From contig OY762463.1 in assembly GCA_963665815.1 (NCBI GenBank), forward strand, positions 1,024,001 through 1,088,000: 64,000 bases of DNA. Direction: 5' to 3'. Position 1 is the first letter of the stretch. Each line of letters opens with the position of its first letter. The notes beneath the pieces are model-generated. The model was given only the letters and a program-made list of their open reading frames with translations, did not search any database and was not told the origin of the DNA. Of the stretch, positions 21,111-30,804 are shown piece after piece. The translations under genes were made by a program, and so were the position numbers. This DNA comes from Candidatus Cloacimonadales bacterium (GTDB taxonomy: Bacteria; Cloacimonadota; Cloacimonadia; Cloacimonadales; JAIOQZ01).

Positions 21111-24100
21111 ATGAAAACTAGTCTTCAGCTTAAAATAATCGCAATCTTCTTAGTTTCAGCATTTATTGCGATTTTATCAATGAGTTTTTTCTCTCTGAAC
21201 AGTATCAAAAAAATCAGTTCTACAGCAATTAGTTCAATAGACAGTCTTGGTAACAAGAGTCTTGCAACTCTACAGGCTACTGGAAACCAGAACATTAAAC
21301 AGAGTACTCATGCTCTTGATAAAAAGTCTATCGAAACTCAGCAGCTGAGATGTACTGAAATTGCTTATGATGTATCAAGATTCCTTTATGAGAGAGATAA
21401 AGATCTTAAGATACTGGCAATGATGAATCCGGAAGCGAATACTTACCTGAAATTCTACAAGAATTGTAATGGCAAAGTAGTAGAAACAACTCCCGATTAC
21501 GATAAAGCACAGGAAAAAATCCAATGGAACCCAAAAGGCAGAACTAGTATCGATCCAATAAATCAAAAACAATTCACATACTTTGATTCATTACCATTTA
21601 ATACGAAAACAATACCATTATATAAAGAAATTACTTTTTATGATCTCAATGGTAAGGAAAAAATTAAAATAAAGAATGGAAAGATATCATCTGACCTCCG
21701 CAATATAAGCTTGAGACGAAACACTTATTGCAAAGCTGAAATTTACAGAGAACTCCTGGTTGAAGATGTAGAGTTAAACTCAAATCATTACTACGAAATG
21801 GACGATAAAAACATTCAGGGGTTAATTGAAGAACTTGAAATCCCCAGAGACAAAAAATGGATGAAAAAAAGATACTTTTTCAAGCATGACAAGAATGGCA
21901 ATGTTATTGAAAAAACCTATTTTGAGCATTGCAAGTCACTTAAAAAAGGTGAAATCTACGTTTCAAGAGTAATTGGGGAATATATTCCAACACATATTAT
22001 CGGCAATTACACTGAAGAAAATCTTAAGAAACTTGGAAAACCATATAATCCTGAACAAAGTGCGTATGCAGGTAGAGAGAATCCCGCTGGAAAGAAGTTT
22101 CAGGGTATTGTAAGATGGGTAACTCCGGTTTATCAAGGCAATACGAAAATTGGTTACGTTACAATGGCATTAGACCATACACATATCATGGAGTTCACAG
22201 ATCATATTGTACCAACAGATGAAAGATTCACTGAAGTAACTGATCCTGGTTCAGGAAACTATGCTTTCCTGTGGGATGATGCTCACAGATGTATTTCTCA
22301 TGGCAGGGATTATTTCATCATGGGATTTAATTCCAGAACAGGTAGAGAGATACTTCCCTGGAACCCCAAAGACTGGATGAAGCAGATAAAATCAGGTTTT
22401 GTTGGATTAGATGGTAAATACCTGAAAGAAAAAGCCCCTCAATGCGATGGTTGGATTAACTGCACCGAGTACGGAGGATCAGGTTCATTTCTGATATACT
22501 GGAGCGGACTATGGAAGTTCACTGCTGTTGCTTCGGTACCATACACAACCGGACATTACAAAGACTATCCTCGAGGATTCGGATATGTAACATTAGGTGC
22601 TGAAATTGCTGATTTTCACAAAGATATATCAATAATGGAAAATGATCTTAAGACTCAATATGCAGCATTCGAGAATGAAATTCAGCAATCAAACATTGAT
22701 GCGAAAACTCTGTTTAATTCAATTGCAAGCAAAAATATGAATGCATTGATTCTTATTTCATTCCTTATATTTATTGCGATTATTATCATAGGCTATTATA
22801 CATCTAAAAAACTTGTTCAACCTGTTAAAGCTCTCACGGATGCTGCTCAAAAAATATCAAAAGGTAATTTTGAAATTAGTGTTGAAAACAAAAGTACGGA
22901 TGAAATCGGTTTCCTCAGTCAAACCTTTGAAGCTATGGCAAAAGATCTGAAGGACGGTTTTGATAAAATAGAATATCAGAACAACAGACTTGTTGAGCTG
23001 GATAAGCTTAAAGATGACTTTCTGGCAAATACCTCACATGAATTACGTACACCATTAAATGGAATTATTGGAATTGCCGAATCTATGGTTGATCCTTCAA
23101 GAGGCTTTTCCAAGAATGATATAAGCAGAAACCTTATGATGATTGTTTCCAGTGGGAGAAGACTGGCAAGCTTAGTTAATGACATCCTTGATTTTTCCAA
23201 ACTGAAAAAGAAAGATATTACTCTGAGTATTGCTGCTATTGACCTTTATTCTGTAACTGATGTTGTTTTAAAACTTTCTGCTCCGCTTGTTGGTAAGAAA
23301 AAGCTTAAGCTTCTCAATGAAGTCCCCGGAGATATTCCTTTAGTTCAAGCAGATGAAAACAGACTTCAGCAAATTATGCATAACATTATTGGTAATGCAA
23401 TTAAGTTTACGGATGAAGGATATGTTAAAGTAAAAGCTGAGAAGCAAAATAATAAAATTATGGTAGCAATATCAGATACCGGTATTGGTATTCCTGGAGA
23501 AAAACTGGATACTATATTCGAATCATTTGAGCAGGTTGACAGCTCTGTATCAAGAATATACGGAGGTACCGGACTGGGACTGGCTGTATCCAAGCAACTT
23601 ATTGAACTTCATGGTGGAAATATAACAGTTGAATCTGAAATCGACAAGGGATCTGTCTTCTCGTTCACATTGAGGATTTCTGAAGATCAGTCTAAAAAAT
23701 CCGAGATTACTGAAATGAAAGAACAGGATTACGTAAGTATCATAAATCCTGAATTGCTGAGTGAAATTAACGAAATCCAGGACTCTCTTCCGGAAGATGG
23801 TTCTCAATACAATATTCTTGCCGTTGATGATGATCCGATAAACTTACAGGTTCTGGAGAATTTCCTTAATCAGGAAAAATTCAAAGTGATTTGCGTTAAT
23901 AATGGATTTGAAGCTCTTAAAGCAATTGATGAAGGATTCCAGCCTGATCTGATTCTTCTGGATATAATGATGCCTAAAATGTCGGGTTTCCAAGTACTTG
24001 AAAAAATCAGAGATAAATTCCAGCTTCACGAATTACCGGTTGTTCTATTGACAGCCAAAAATCAGGTAAATGATGTTATTCAGGGATTTAATACCGGTAC

Positions 24101-24617
24101 AAATGACTATCTTACAAAGCCAATATCAAGAAACGAATTGCTGGCACGATTAAGAACCCACCTGTCTCTTCTTGAAACCAATAAAAAACTGAAGAAACTT
24201 AACACAGAACTTGAATCAGCAGTCAAGGAACGAACAAATAAGATTCAGACACAGAATGATAAGCTGGAAAATACACTTAATCGACTTAAAGATGCTCAGG
24301 ATGATCTTCTTCAGCTTGAAAGAACCAAAGCAGCACTGGCAATGGCAGTGACAGTCAACCACGAGATAAATCAGCCTCTTATGGTTCTTCAAGGTAATCT
24401 TGAAATGCTTATAATGAAGCTATCTGATGATCTTGAACTGGTGAAATACGGTAAATATGTAGATTCAATTAAAAGATCTATTGAAAAAATAAAATCAATC
24501 TTACATGGATTCAGAAAAGCTGACTATATAGAATTCACTGATTATATTGATGGAACCAACATGGTTCAGATTGAAAAAATACTTGTTCCAGATCCAGATA
24601 ATGAGGATAATGAATAG
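21111..24617 (+). CDS. Hybrid sensor histidine kinase (large periplasmic domain, HAMP, HisKA, HATPase, REC, extra C-terminal H-box helix)
   Basis: FLANTSHELRTPL, NAIKFT, DTGIG, GGTGLGL, receiver LLDIMMP and second motif TVNHEINQPL. Confidence 0.92.
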   Translation: MKTSLQLKIIAIFLVSAFIAILSMSFFSLNSIKKISSTAISSIDSLGNKSLATLQATGNQNIKQSTHALDKKSIETQQLRCTEIAYDVSRFLYERDKDLKILAMMNPEANTYLKFYKNCNGKVVETTPDYDKAQEKIQWNPKGRTSIDPINQKQFTYFDSLPFNTKTIPLYKEITFYDLNGKEKIKIKNGKISSDLRNISLRRNTYCKAEIYRELLVEDVELNSNHYYEMDDKNIQGLIEELEIPRDKKWMKKRYFFKHDKNGNVIEKTYFEHCKSLKKGEIYVSRVIGEYIPTHIIGNYTEENLKKLGKPYNPEQSAYAGRENPAGKKFQGIVRWVTPVYQGNTKIGYVTMALDHTHIMEFTDHIVPTDERFTEVTDPGSGNYAFLWDDAHRCISHGRDYFIMGFNSRTGREILPWNPKDWMKQIKSGFVGLDGKYLKEKAPQCDGWINCTEYGGSGSFLIYWSGLWKFTAVASVPYTTGHYKDYPRGFGYVTLGAEIADFHKDISIMENDLKTQYAAFENEIQQSNIDAKTLFNSIASKNMNALILISFLIFIAIIIIGYYTSKKLVQPVKALTDAAQKISKGNFEISVENKSTDEIGFLSQTFEAMAKDLKDGFDKIEYQNNRLVELDKLKDDFLANTSHELRTPLNGIIGIAESMVDPSRGFSKNDISRNLMMIVSSGRRLASLVNDILDFSKLKKKDITLSIAAIDLYSVTDVVLKLSAPLVGKKKLKLLNEVPGDIPLVQADENRLQQIMHNIIGNAIKFTDEGYVKVKAEKQNNKIMVAISDTGIGIPGEKLDTIFESFEQVDSSVSRIYGGTGLGLAVSKQLIELHGGNITVESEIDKGSVFSFTLRISEDQSKKSEITEMKEQDYVSIINPELLSEINEIQDSLPEDGSQYNILAVDDDPINLQVLENFLNQEKFKVICVNNGFEALKAIDEGFQPDLILLDIMMPKMSGFQVLEKIRDKFQLHELPVVLLTAKNQVNDVIQGFNTGTNDYLTKPISRNELLARLRTHLSLLETNKKLKKLNTELESAVKERTNKIQTQNDKLENTLNRLKDAQDDLLQLERTKAALAMAVTVNHEINQPLMVLQGNLEMLIMKLSDDLELVKYGKYVDSIKRSIEKIKSILHGFRKADYIEFTDYIDGTNMVQIEKILVPDPDNEDNE

Positions 24618-24628
24618 TCATCAGACAT

Positions 24629-24662
24629 AAAAAAACGGCAGTCACATGACTGCCGTTTTCTT
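24629..24662. terminator. Bidirectional intrinsic terminator
   Basis: AAAACGGCAGTC-ACAT-GACTGCCGTTTT between convergent genes. Confidence 0.85.
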
Positions 24663-24680
24663 ATATTTCTAATGTGTTTT

Positions 24681-26090
24681 TTAGTTTACTGTCATGATTG
24701 CTTCAAAACCATAAGGACCTTTCTTAATCCTGTTTACCTTAAGAGGAGCGTTAGATGGTGAAGATATTTTATCAACTCCCGGAAGATTCTTTATATTTAC
24801 ATTGAAACTTTTCATTTTTCCACTGATTGATGATCTTATTCCTTTCGTCAGTCTATCAGGCAGGAACGGAAGAGAAAATCTCTTAATTGAGAACTTTTTA
24901 AGAGTAAGTCCATTCCTTGAAATCTCCCAGTCACAAATCATTTCAAGAGTGAGATCAACATGGTGACCCAGGCATTCTATTCTATTAATAATACCTACTA
25001 CAAGCTGTTTTCCATCTGTTGGCTCAAACTTCATTTTCTTGAAATCAACTTTGAAAAGCCTGTCTATAGTCTTAGCTTTTAATTGATCATAAAGACTTTC
25101 TTCATTAGGAAACCCAATAGTAAAAGTATATTTATTACCAACTTTTTCGAGGGAAATCATATTGTTTGCTAATGTATTAAGTCCACTATTTACTTTACCC
25201 ATAACAAAATTGCCTACTTTTTTAGCAATAACACCTAATTGATCTGTAACCTGCTGAGTCATTTTGTGAACTTCCATTGCTCTCTTTTCAGCCATATCTC
25301 TGGTCGATTTTACTTCATCGCCTGTGGCAATGTATATCATTTCCCATTGCTGAGCTAAAGTATTGTTCTGCTCCCACATTTGAACTGCTGTACCATTAGT
25401 GTTGTTTCCACCTCTTGCATCAATAACAAGGTTGTTCATTTTTGAAACAAATACGAATCTATTCTTACCAACATTCTGTATTCTCCATTGATATGAATTG
25501 GCTTGAGGATCATTGCGATTATTAATATCGTATCCAGAATTAAGTATAATCTGCTGACCATGATCCTGAGCTTGAACCCACATACCAGTTTTACACTGAA
25601 CCCAATAGTATCCAAAATCATCTGGATGCTTTGTTCTTTCATAAACAGATACAAATCTGTAACGTCTGTCAGCAGGAGGATATTCCTGAAATGTTATTCC
25701 CCATAGCATTATAGGCTTATTGGGACCTTCACATTCTTTACCATTTCCTGCAATATCCCAGAAACGACCTATATCATGTTTATCTTTCTTTAATGCCGGG
25801 CGAATTGCCACCCATCTTTCTTCTTCGGGTACAAATGTATCTCCCCAGCAGAGAATATATCTGTCCCAGCCAAGTTTATGTTCTACTTTCTTCTTAACGG
25901 TCTTAGCACCTTTTTCTACTTCCTTTGCCCCTTTATTGGCTACTTTATTAACCTCTTTTGCGCCTTTTTTAACAGTCTTTCCAACTTTTTTCCCAACTTT
26001 TTTCGCTTTCTTACGAATACTATCAAAGGGATCTGCACTTAAGCTGATTGCAACAAATAAGATCAATATCAATGCTAATTTTCTTTTCAT
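24681..26090 (-). CDS. Exported ricin-B (beta-trefoil) lectin domain protein
   Basis: Signal peptide, Lys-rich repeats, LVIDARGG...VQMWEQNNTLAQQW (QxW). Confidence 0.75.
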   Translation of the reverse strand: MKRKLALILILFVAISLSADPFDSIRKKAKKVGKKVGKTVKKGAKEVNKVANKGAKEVEKGAKTVKKKVEHKLGWDRYILCWGDTFVPEEERWVAIRPALKKDKHDIGRFWDIAGNGKECEGPNKPIMLWGITFQEYPPADRRYRFVSVYERTKHPDDFGYYWVQCKTGMWVQAQDHGQQIILNSGYDINNRNDPQANSYQWRIQNVGKNRFVFVSKMNNLVIDARGGNNTNGTAVQMWEQNNTLAQQWEMIYIATGDEVKSTRDMAEKRAMEVHKMTQQVTDQLGVIAKKVGNFVMGKVNSGLNTLANNMISLEKVGNKYTFTIGFPNEESLYDQLKAKTIDRLFKVDFKKMKFEPTDGKQLVVGIINRIECLGHHVDLTLEMICDWEISRNGLTLKKFSIKRFSLPFLPDRLTKGIRSSISGKMKSFNVNIKNLPGVDKISSPSNAPLKVNRIKKGPYGFEAIMTVN

Positions 26091-26203
26091 TTATTTCTTC
26101 CTTAATTTTTTTTACTTCAATTGCAAAGTAATTTCAATAATCTAAAAAACATTTATATTGGTCAACCGAAAATGTATATCAATATTCAAACCAAGTGAGA
26201 ATA

Positions 26204-27412
26204 CTAAAATAGGTTATGTCTCACAAATAAGTTAATTCCACACCCGTTTTTATTTTCTTTCGGAATTGAATAATCTTCAACTCCATCTAACCTTATTTCC
26301 GGGAAAATAACCCTGTTTACAAGGATGTCAGCTCTTAAACCAAAAATCATCCTGTTTTTCTCAACTGAAAAACCAACAGCAAATCCAATATCGTCTATCT
26401 CAATATCATCATCAGAAACCGTTTGCTGTATTCTTGGTTCCCAAAAATCCATTTCAACTGTCCTTTCTGAATTCACAATATGATTTATCTTCAATCCACC
26501 AAACAGAGAAAATTGCTTAACCGGAGAATATACAATGAAAGCCGGTATCTCAAGCAGATTTATCATTGTCTTTTCCTCATAGGAATCATAATCATCAATT
26601 TCTTTTTCATAAGTCTTTACGAGCGGTTTCATTAAAACACCAGTCCTGATTTCGAAATGTTCCTTAATGGGATAATCATATGTTAATCCGGCATACAAAC
26701 CCCTTAAATCTCCAATGCAAAATCCATATTCCAACCTTAAACTTGACTCCTCCATCTCGTCAGCAGGTCTGTAATAAGGCTTTACGCACTTCATAAAATC
26801 AAATGGAAAATCAACTTCTATTGCCAGCAAATCATAGTCAGTATATATAAATCTATCCTGAGTATATAAAGGATTTAAATCATCTTCAGACAATATGTAT
26901 GATTTCCCCCTGAAATAAGAACCGAGACTTAAACCGCTCTTAAAACGAACATTTTGAAAAAAAGAGTAAGAGAACCTGAAAGAAACTCCCAAAGCGTGCT
27001 TTGATTGTTCTACTAAAGGTTCTTTTTCATAATAAGGTCCATCATAATCCCCACCAGGAAGTGAAAATTTACAGTCATATCCTCTTAAACCTTCTTGATT
27101 ACAGTAACGATAGAACACTCCTGTTTCCATCATCACGTCCACACCATACACATCTGATGTATAGAAAATATGAGAGCACTTTACATCAGTAATCTGATAA
27201 TTGTATCTATGATATGCAAATGCTGATTCTGCGTATCTGAATCCATACAACAATCCGGAAAATCTGTTAAGAACTTCTGCTTCACCGTTTACAGGAGTGA
27301 AGAGAGAACCTTCGTATTTCAAACTGAATCTGAACTGCTCTAAATCAATAGCAAATGAAAATACAGGAATAAATAAAAGGACAAAAACGTATGTAAGTAA
27401 AATCTTTCTCAA
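26204..27412 (-). CDS. Outer-membrane beta-barrel protein (porin-family like)
   Basis: TTG start with GGAGAG RBS, signal peptide, NLLEIPAF, C-terminal Phe. Confidence 0.6.
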   Translation of the reverse strand: MRKILLTYVFVLLFIPVFSFAIDLEQFRFSLKYEGSLFTPVNGEAEVLNRFSGLLYGFRYAESAFAYHRYNYQITDVKCSHIFYTSDVYGVDVMMETGVFYRYCNQEGLRGYDCKFSLPGGDYDGPYYEKEPLVEQSKHALGVSFRFSYSFFQNVRFKSGLSLGSYFRGKSYILSEDDLNPLYTQDRFIYTDYDLLAIEVDFPFDFMKCVKPYYRPADEMEESSLRLEYGFCIGDLRGLYAGLTYDYPIKEHFEIRTGVLMKPLVKTYEKEIDDYDSYEEKTMINLLEIPAFIVYSPVKQFSLFGGLKINHIVNSERTVEMDFWEPRIQQTVSDDDIEIDDIGFAVGFSVEKNRMIFGLRADILVNRVIFPEIRLDGVEDYSIPKENKNGCGINLFVRHNLF

Positions 27413-27685
27413 AATCTCTCCTGATGTAATGATAACATAAGATGTTTTGTTACAAATCATTTGTCAAGCAAAGTCTCATATGATTACTAACTCCTGATCA
27501 CATTTCACTTAGTTTCATCACTCATGTAATAGCTCTTCATTTACATAATTGAAAAAATCTTGATTCGGCATAGTTAGTGTACACGTCTTTTAATATCTAA
27601 ACAATTTATTGACTTTCTTGTTGTACATTCTTTTTTATAACTACTACTCATTTTTACACAATTAAATCAAAAAAAGGATAAATCT

Positions 27686-28669
27686 ATGAAAAAATCACGA
27701 AATTGTCATGCAATGGATTACATCCAAATGGATTAATGAACCAATCAAAGTGTTTTACAGACTTGGTATCCCTGATTTTTTAGGCAATACTTCTATGACT
27801 CTAGAGGAATTATCACTGTTGACACAAACGATTCCAGAAAAACTGATCAGACTATTGCGAGTCCTTGAATCAGTAAAAATTGTAAGTGTAACTGATAATG
27901 ATATCAGTCTGACAGAAACAGGTAGTTTGTTTCAAAAAAAACAACTTGGCTGTATTGCCGGTATGATATTTTCAGACTGGCATGATTCTGCCTGATCACG
28001 ATTAGATGACTGTCTTAAGTCAAATGAAAATGGTTTTGAGTTAGCTCACAATTCTGAAGCATTCGACTGGCTTTCTAAGCATCCGGAGTATATGCAACAA
28101 TATAATTCAGCCAATAGGATGAAATCACAAATGATTAGCCATATCTATTGGAGAATTATGACTTCTCAACTACGACATCTATTGTTGATATCGGAGGAGG
28201 AAATGGAGGAATATCAATTACTTTAAAGAATATTTTTCCAGAGCTTGAAGTAGTTCTGACTGATTCCGAAACTGTGATATCACATCTTGCGTCTGATATT
28301 CACTTTCAGGAGTCCTCAATCGTTCTCGAAGCTTGTAATTTCTTTGAATCAGTCCCGTTCATATCCGATAAAGCCCTGTTATCAAACATTCTTCATGACT
28401 GGGATGATGAAAGATGTGCTGAAATTCTTAAGATTCTTAAGGATAACTCTGCTGCATCCAACAAAATCCTGATTATGGAATATCTTGTACCTGAAGATTC
28501 ATCTTTCAATGTGAGTAAATTGCTTGATATTGAGATGATGGTAATGGGAAGCGGTAAAGAAAGAACGCTATCTGAATATGAAAATTTGTTTGCTCAATGT
28601 AAATTTAAAATATCCAACCTGATCAAAACAAAATCTGGATTATCAATCATTGAAATTTCACACAGCTGA
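27686..28669 (+). pseudogene. SAM-dependent O-methyltransferase (Methyltransf_2/COMT-like) pseudogene
   Basis: IVDIGGGNG, NFFE, LSNILHDWDD and GKERT motifs. The RBS-linked ATG at 27686 is out of frame by one A, there is an in-frame TGA at 27993-27995, and a second frameshift near 28145. Confidence 0.8.
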
Positions 28670-28774
28670 CACCATTAAACGTCAACACCTTTTTTAATCA
28701 CACTTCAAACACAATTTTCATGCAATTCATTGATTTTCTTGACTTGAAAATCGACAATCCCAAAATCCATCTAT

Positions 28775-29425
28775 ATGGATAATCAGATATTTCTTTATTA
28801 TTACAGCTTCAAGGATATCGAAGAAGATTTTTCTATCAGCAATAGAAGGCCATTGATTGCATCCTTACAAAAAGAAGCAGAACGCTACCGTTTTATTGCC
28901 GATCGCAACAGATTTATTACCGGTAGACTGCTTATAAGACACGCTTTGAGTCAACATGGATTTGAGGATGTTACATTATCTGACATACTTTACTCTGACT
29001 GTCTTAAACCCAGGTTTGATTTTCCATTTTACTTCAATTTAAGTCACTCCGGTAAATATATCATTCTTGCTGTATCTCTTAACAATGATGTTGGTTGTGA
29101 TATAGAGTTCCATAACCCCAATCTTGACTTCAGCGAGTTTTCTTCATTCTTTACGGATGAAGAACTGAGTTTAATTTCAACCTCTCCCCTACCTGTGAAA
29201 TCCTTTTTTGATTTATGGACAATCAAAGAATCCCTGCTTAAAGCCGACGGTCGAGGAATGCACTTCCCTCCCAAATCAATCAGACTTCAAAATAATTATG
29301 GAATGCTGGACAACGAAAAAATCTACTTCAGAATCACTGAAATTGCTGAGCAATACTCAACATCAATTGCATGCACAGAAAATTTTGATACTATTAAATT
29401 TATAGAAGTAACCAATTTGATTTAG
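28775..29425 (+). CDS. 4'-phosphopantetheinyl transferase (Sfp-type)
   Basis: FNLSHSG, VGCDIE, FFDLWTIKESLLKADGRG. Confidence 0.93.
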   Translation: MDNQIFLYYYSFKDIEEDFSISNRRPLIASLQKEAERYRFIADRNRFITGRLLIRHALSQHGFEDVTLSDILYSDCLKPRFDFPFYFNLSHSGKYIILAVSLNNDVGCDIEFHNPNLDFSEFSSFFTDEELSLISTSPLPVKSFFDLWTIKESLLKADGRGMHFPPKSIRLQNNYGMLDNEKIYFRITEIAEQYSTSIACTENFDTIKFIEVTNLI

Positions 29426-29568
29426 TTCTGATAATTGTCTGATTATCTCCGACAGTGTAATTACACCCGGTAAATTACTTAAAATCAGGCGTTGACAGCA
29501 TGTTCAATCACACACTTCTGGCACAAAAATAAACAATAAAAGCACCAGCATGCTTTACAGGAGATATT

Positions 29569-30417
29569 GTGTTATACTTATTATTAGTGTCCTTTACTTG
29601 GGCTTTTTCTTTCGGTTTAATCAAAGGTATCCTAACCGGTGTTAACCCGATTCTCGTTTCATTCATCAGACTCAGCATTTCTCTGGTGATTTTCATGCCT
29701 TTCCTCAGGATTTCAAAACTAAACTTCAGGCAAATGAAGAGTCTATTCCTCATTGGAGCAGTGCAATTTGGAGTAATGTATGTTTCTTACATATCTGCAT
29801 ACAAGTACTTGCTTGCCTGGCAGATTGCTCTTTTCACGATTTTTACACCGATTTACGTAACAATTATTAACGATTTATATAAAAAGAAATTTTCTATTAT
29901 CCCGCTTTTCGCTGCAATACTATCAATTGTTGGAACGCTGATTATTATGTTTAAAACAGGCGAACCTGGACCATTCCTTAAAGGTTTTACTCTTGTGCAA
30001 ATATCTAATATCAGCTTTGCCTGGGGACAGATTGCTTATAAAAAAATGAATTTTCCTGTAAATTTCAAGCAGGTTAATGCATTTGCCATATCCTATCTTG
30101 GAGCAGTAGTTCTGACAGGTATTTCTGCAGCACTTACAGTTGATTTCTCTGTAGTAGCATTCACTGCAAAACAAGTTTATACATTAATCTATCTCGGTGC
30201 AATAGCTTCTGGAATCTGTTTCTTCCTCTGGAACTATGGAGCAAAGAAAACAAGTGCAGGCTTACTTGCAGTAATGAATAACCTGAAGATACCTTTGGCT
30301 GTAGTCTGCTCACTACTTTTCTGGCATGAACAGGCAAACATTACAAGACTTGCACTTGGCTCTGTTGTCATCGTAGCTGCTATGATGCTGAACAAATTTA
30401 AACGTAAATCACTATAA
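29569..30417 (+). CDS. EamA/DMT family transporter
   Basis: About ten hydrophobic segments, WAFSFGLIK, IASGICFFLWNYG. GTG start with GGAG RBS. Confidence 0.9.
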   Translation: MLYLLLVSFTWAFSFGLIKGILTGVNPILVSFIRLSISLVIFMPFLRISKLNFRQMKSLFLIGAVQFGVMYVSYISAYKYLLAWQIALFTIFTPIYVTIINDLYKKKFSIIPLFAAILSIVGTLIIMFKTGEPGPFLKGFTLVQISNISFAWGQIAYKKMNFPVNFKQVNAFAISYLGAVVLTGISAALTVDFSVVAFTAKQVYTLIYLGAIASGICFFLWNYGAKKTSAGLLAVMNNLKIPLAVVCSLLFWHEQANITRLALGSVVIVAAMMLNKFKRKSL

Positions 30418-30429
30418 TCATTTTGATAT

Positions 30430-30554
30430 AAGACATTAAGAAAGGCTGTCCTGTGGGCAGCCTGTTTCACTCTCACAAAGAACGATCCCCAGACAACTAT
30501 AGCAGCAATTATCAGCAACCCGGTGAACAATTTTCTTGACCATTTTCCACTCAT
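30430..30554 (-). pseudogene. N-terminal fragment of a membrane-anchored protein (T2SS/T4P accessory-like)
   Basis: MSGKWSRKLFTGLLIIAAIVVWGSFFVRVK: basic residues plus one TM, in ATGA overlap with an upstream fragment ending ..HIMTKLSS*. It then runs into antisense of the EamA gene. Confidence 0.4.
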
Positions 30555-30804
30555 GAGCTCAATTTAGTCATAATATGGAGTAAGGAGACAGGATTGTACG
30601 TAGGTAACACAGCTTTAGTTGTCCAGGAAGACCACTACTACCCGTTCGGAATTAGGTTAGTCGGAATGTCCACCGATACCGGGCAGAATAATAAATTCCT
30701 TTACAACAATAAGGAATACGAAAATGAAAATAAGGTACCTCCTATGGTCTTCGAACTGACGTTCTACAGACTTCGGAGTGGAGACTCTCGCCTACGGCTA
30801 CGAG
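30529..30804 (+). repeat. ~276-bp segment duplicated at 33593..33868 (leader, Rhs core start and 75-bp element)
   Basis: Colinear at offset 3064, including TAATATGGAGTAAGGAGACAGGATTGTA and QEDHYYPFG codons. Confidence 0.9.

Noticed and set aside
27993-27995. TGA recoding (Trp or selenocysteine)
   Set aside because: TGA ends intact genes here (feoB, PP2C), and the same gene also has two frameshifts, so a nonsense mutation is simpler.
30234-30429. Full 106-aa ORF 30234..30554 as an intact gene
   Set aside because: Only the first ~35 codons look protein-like. The rest is antisense to the EamA gene.
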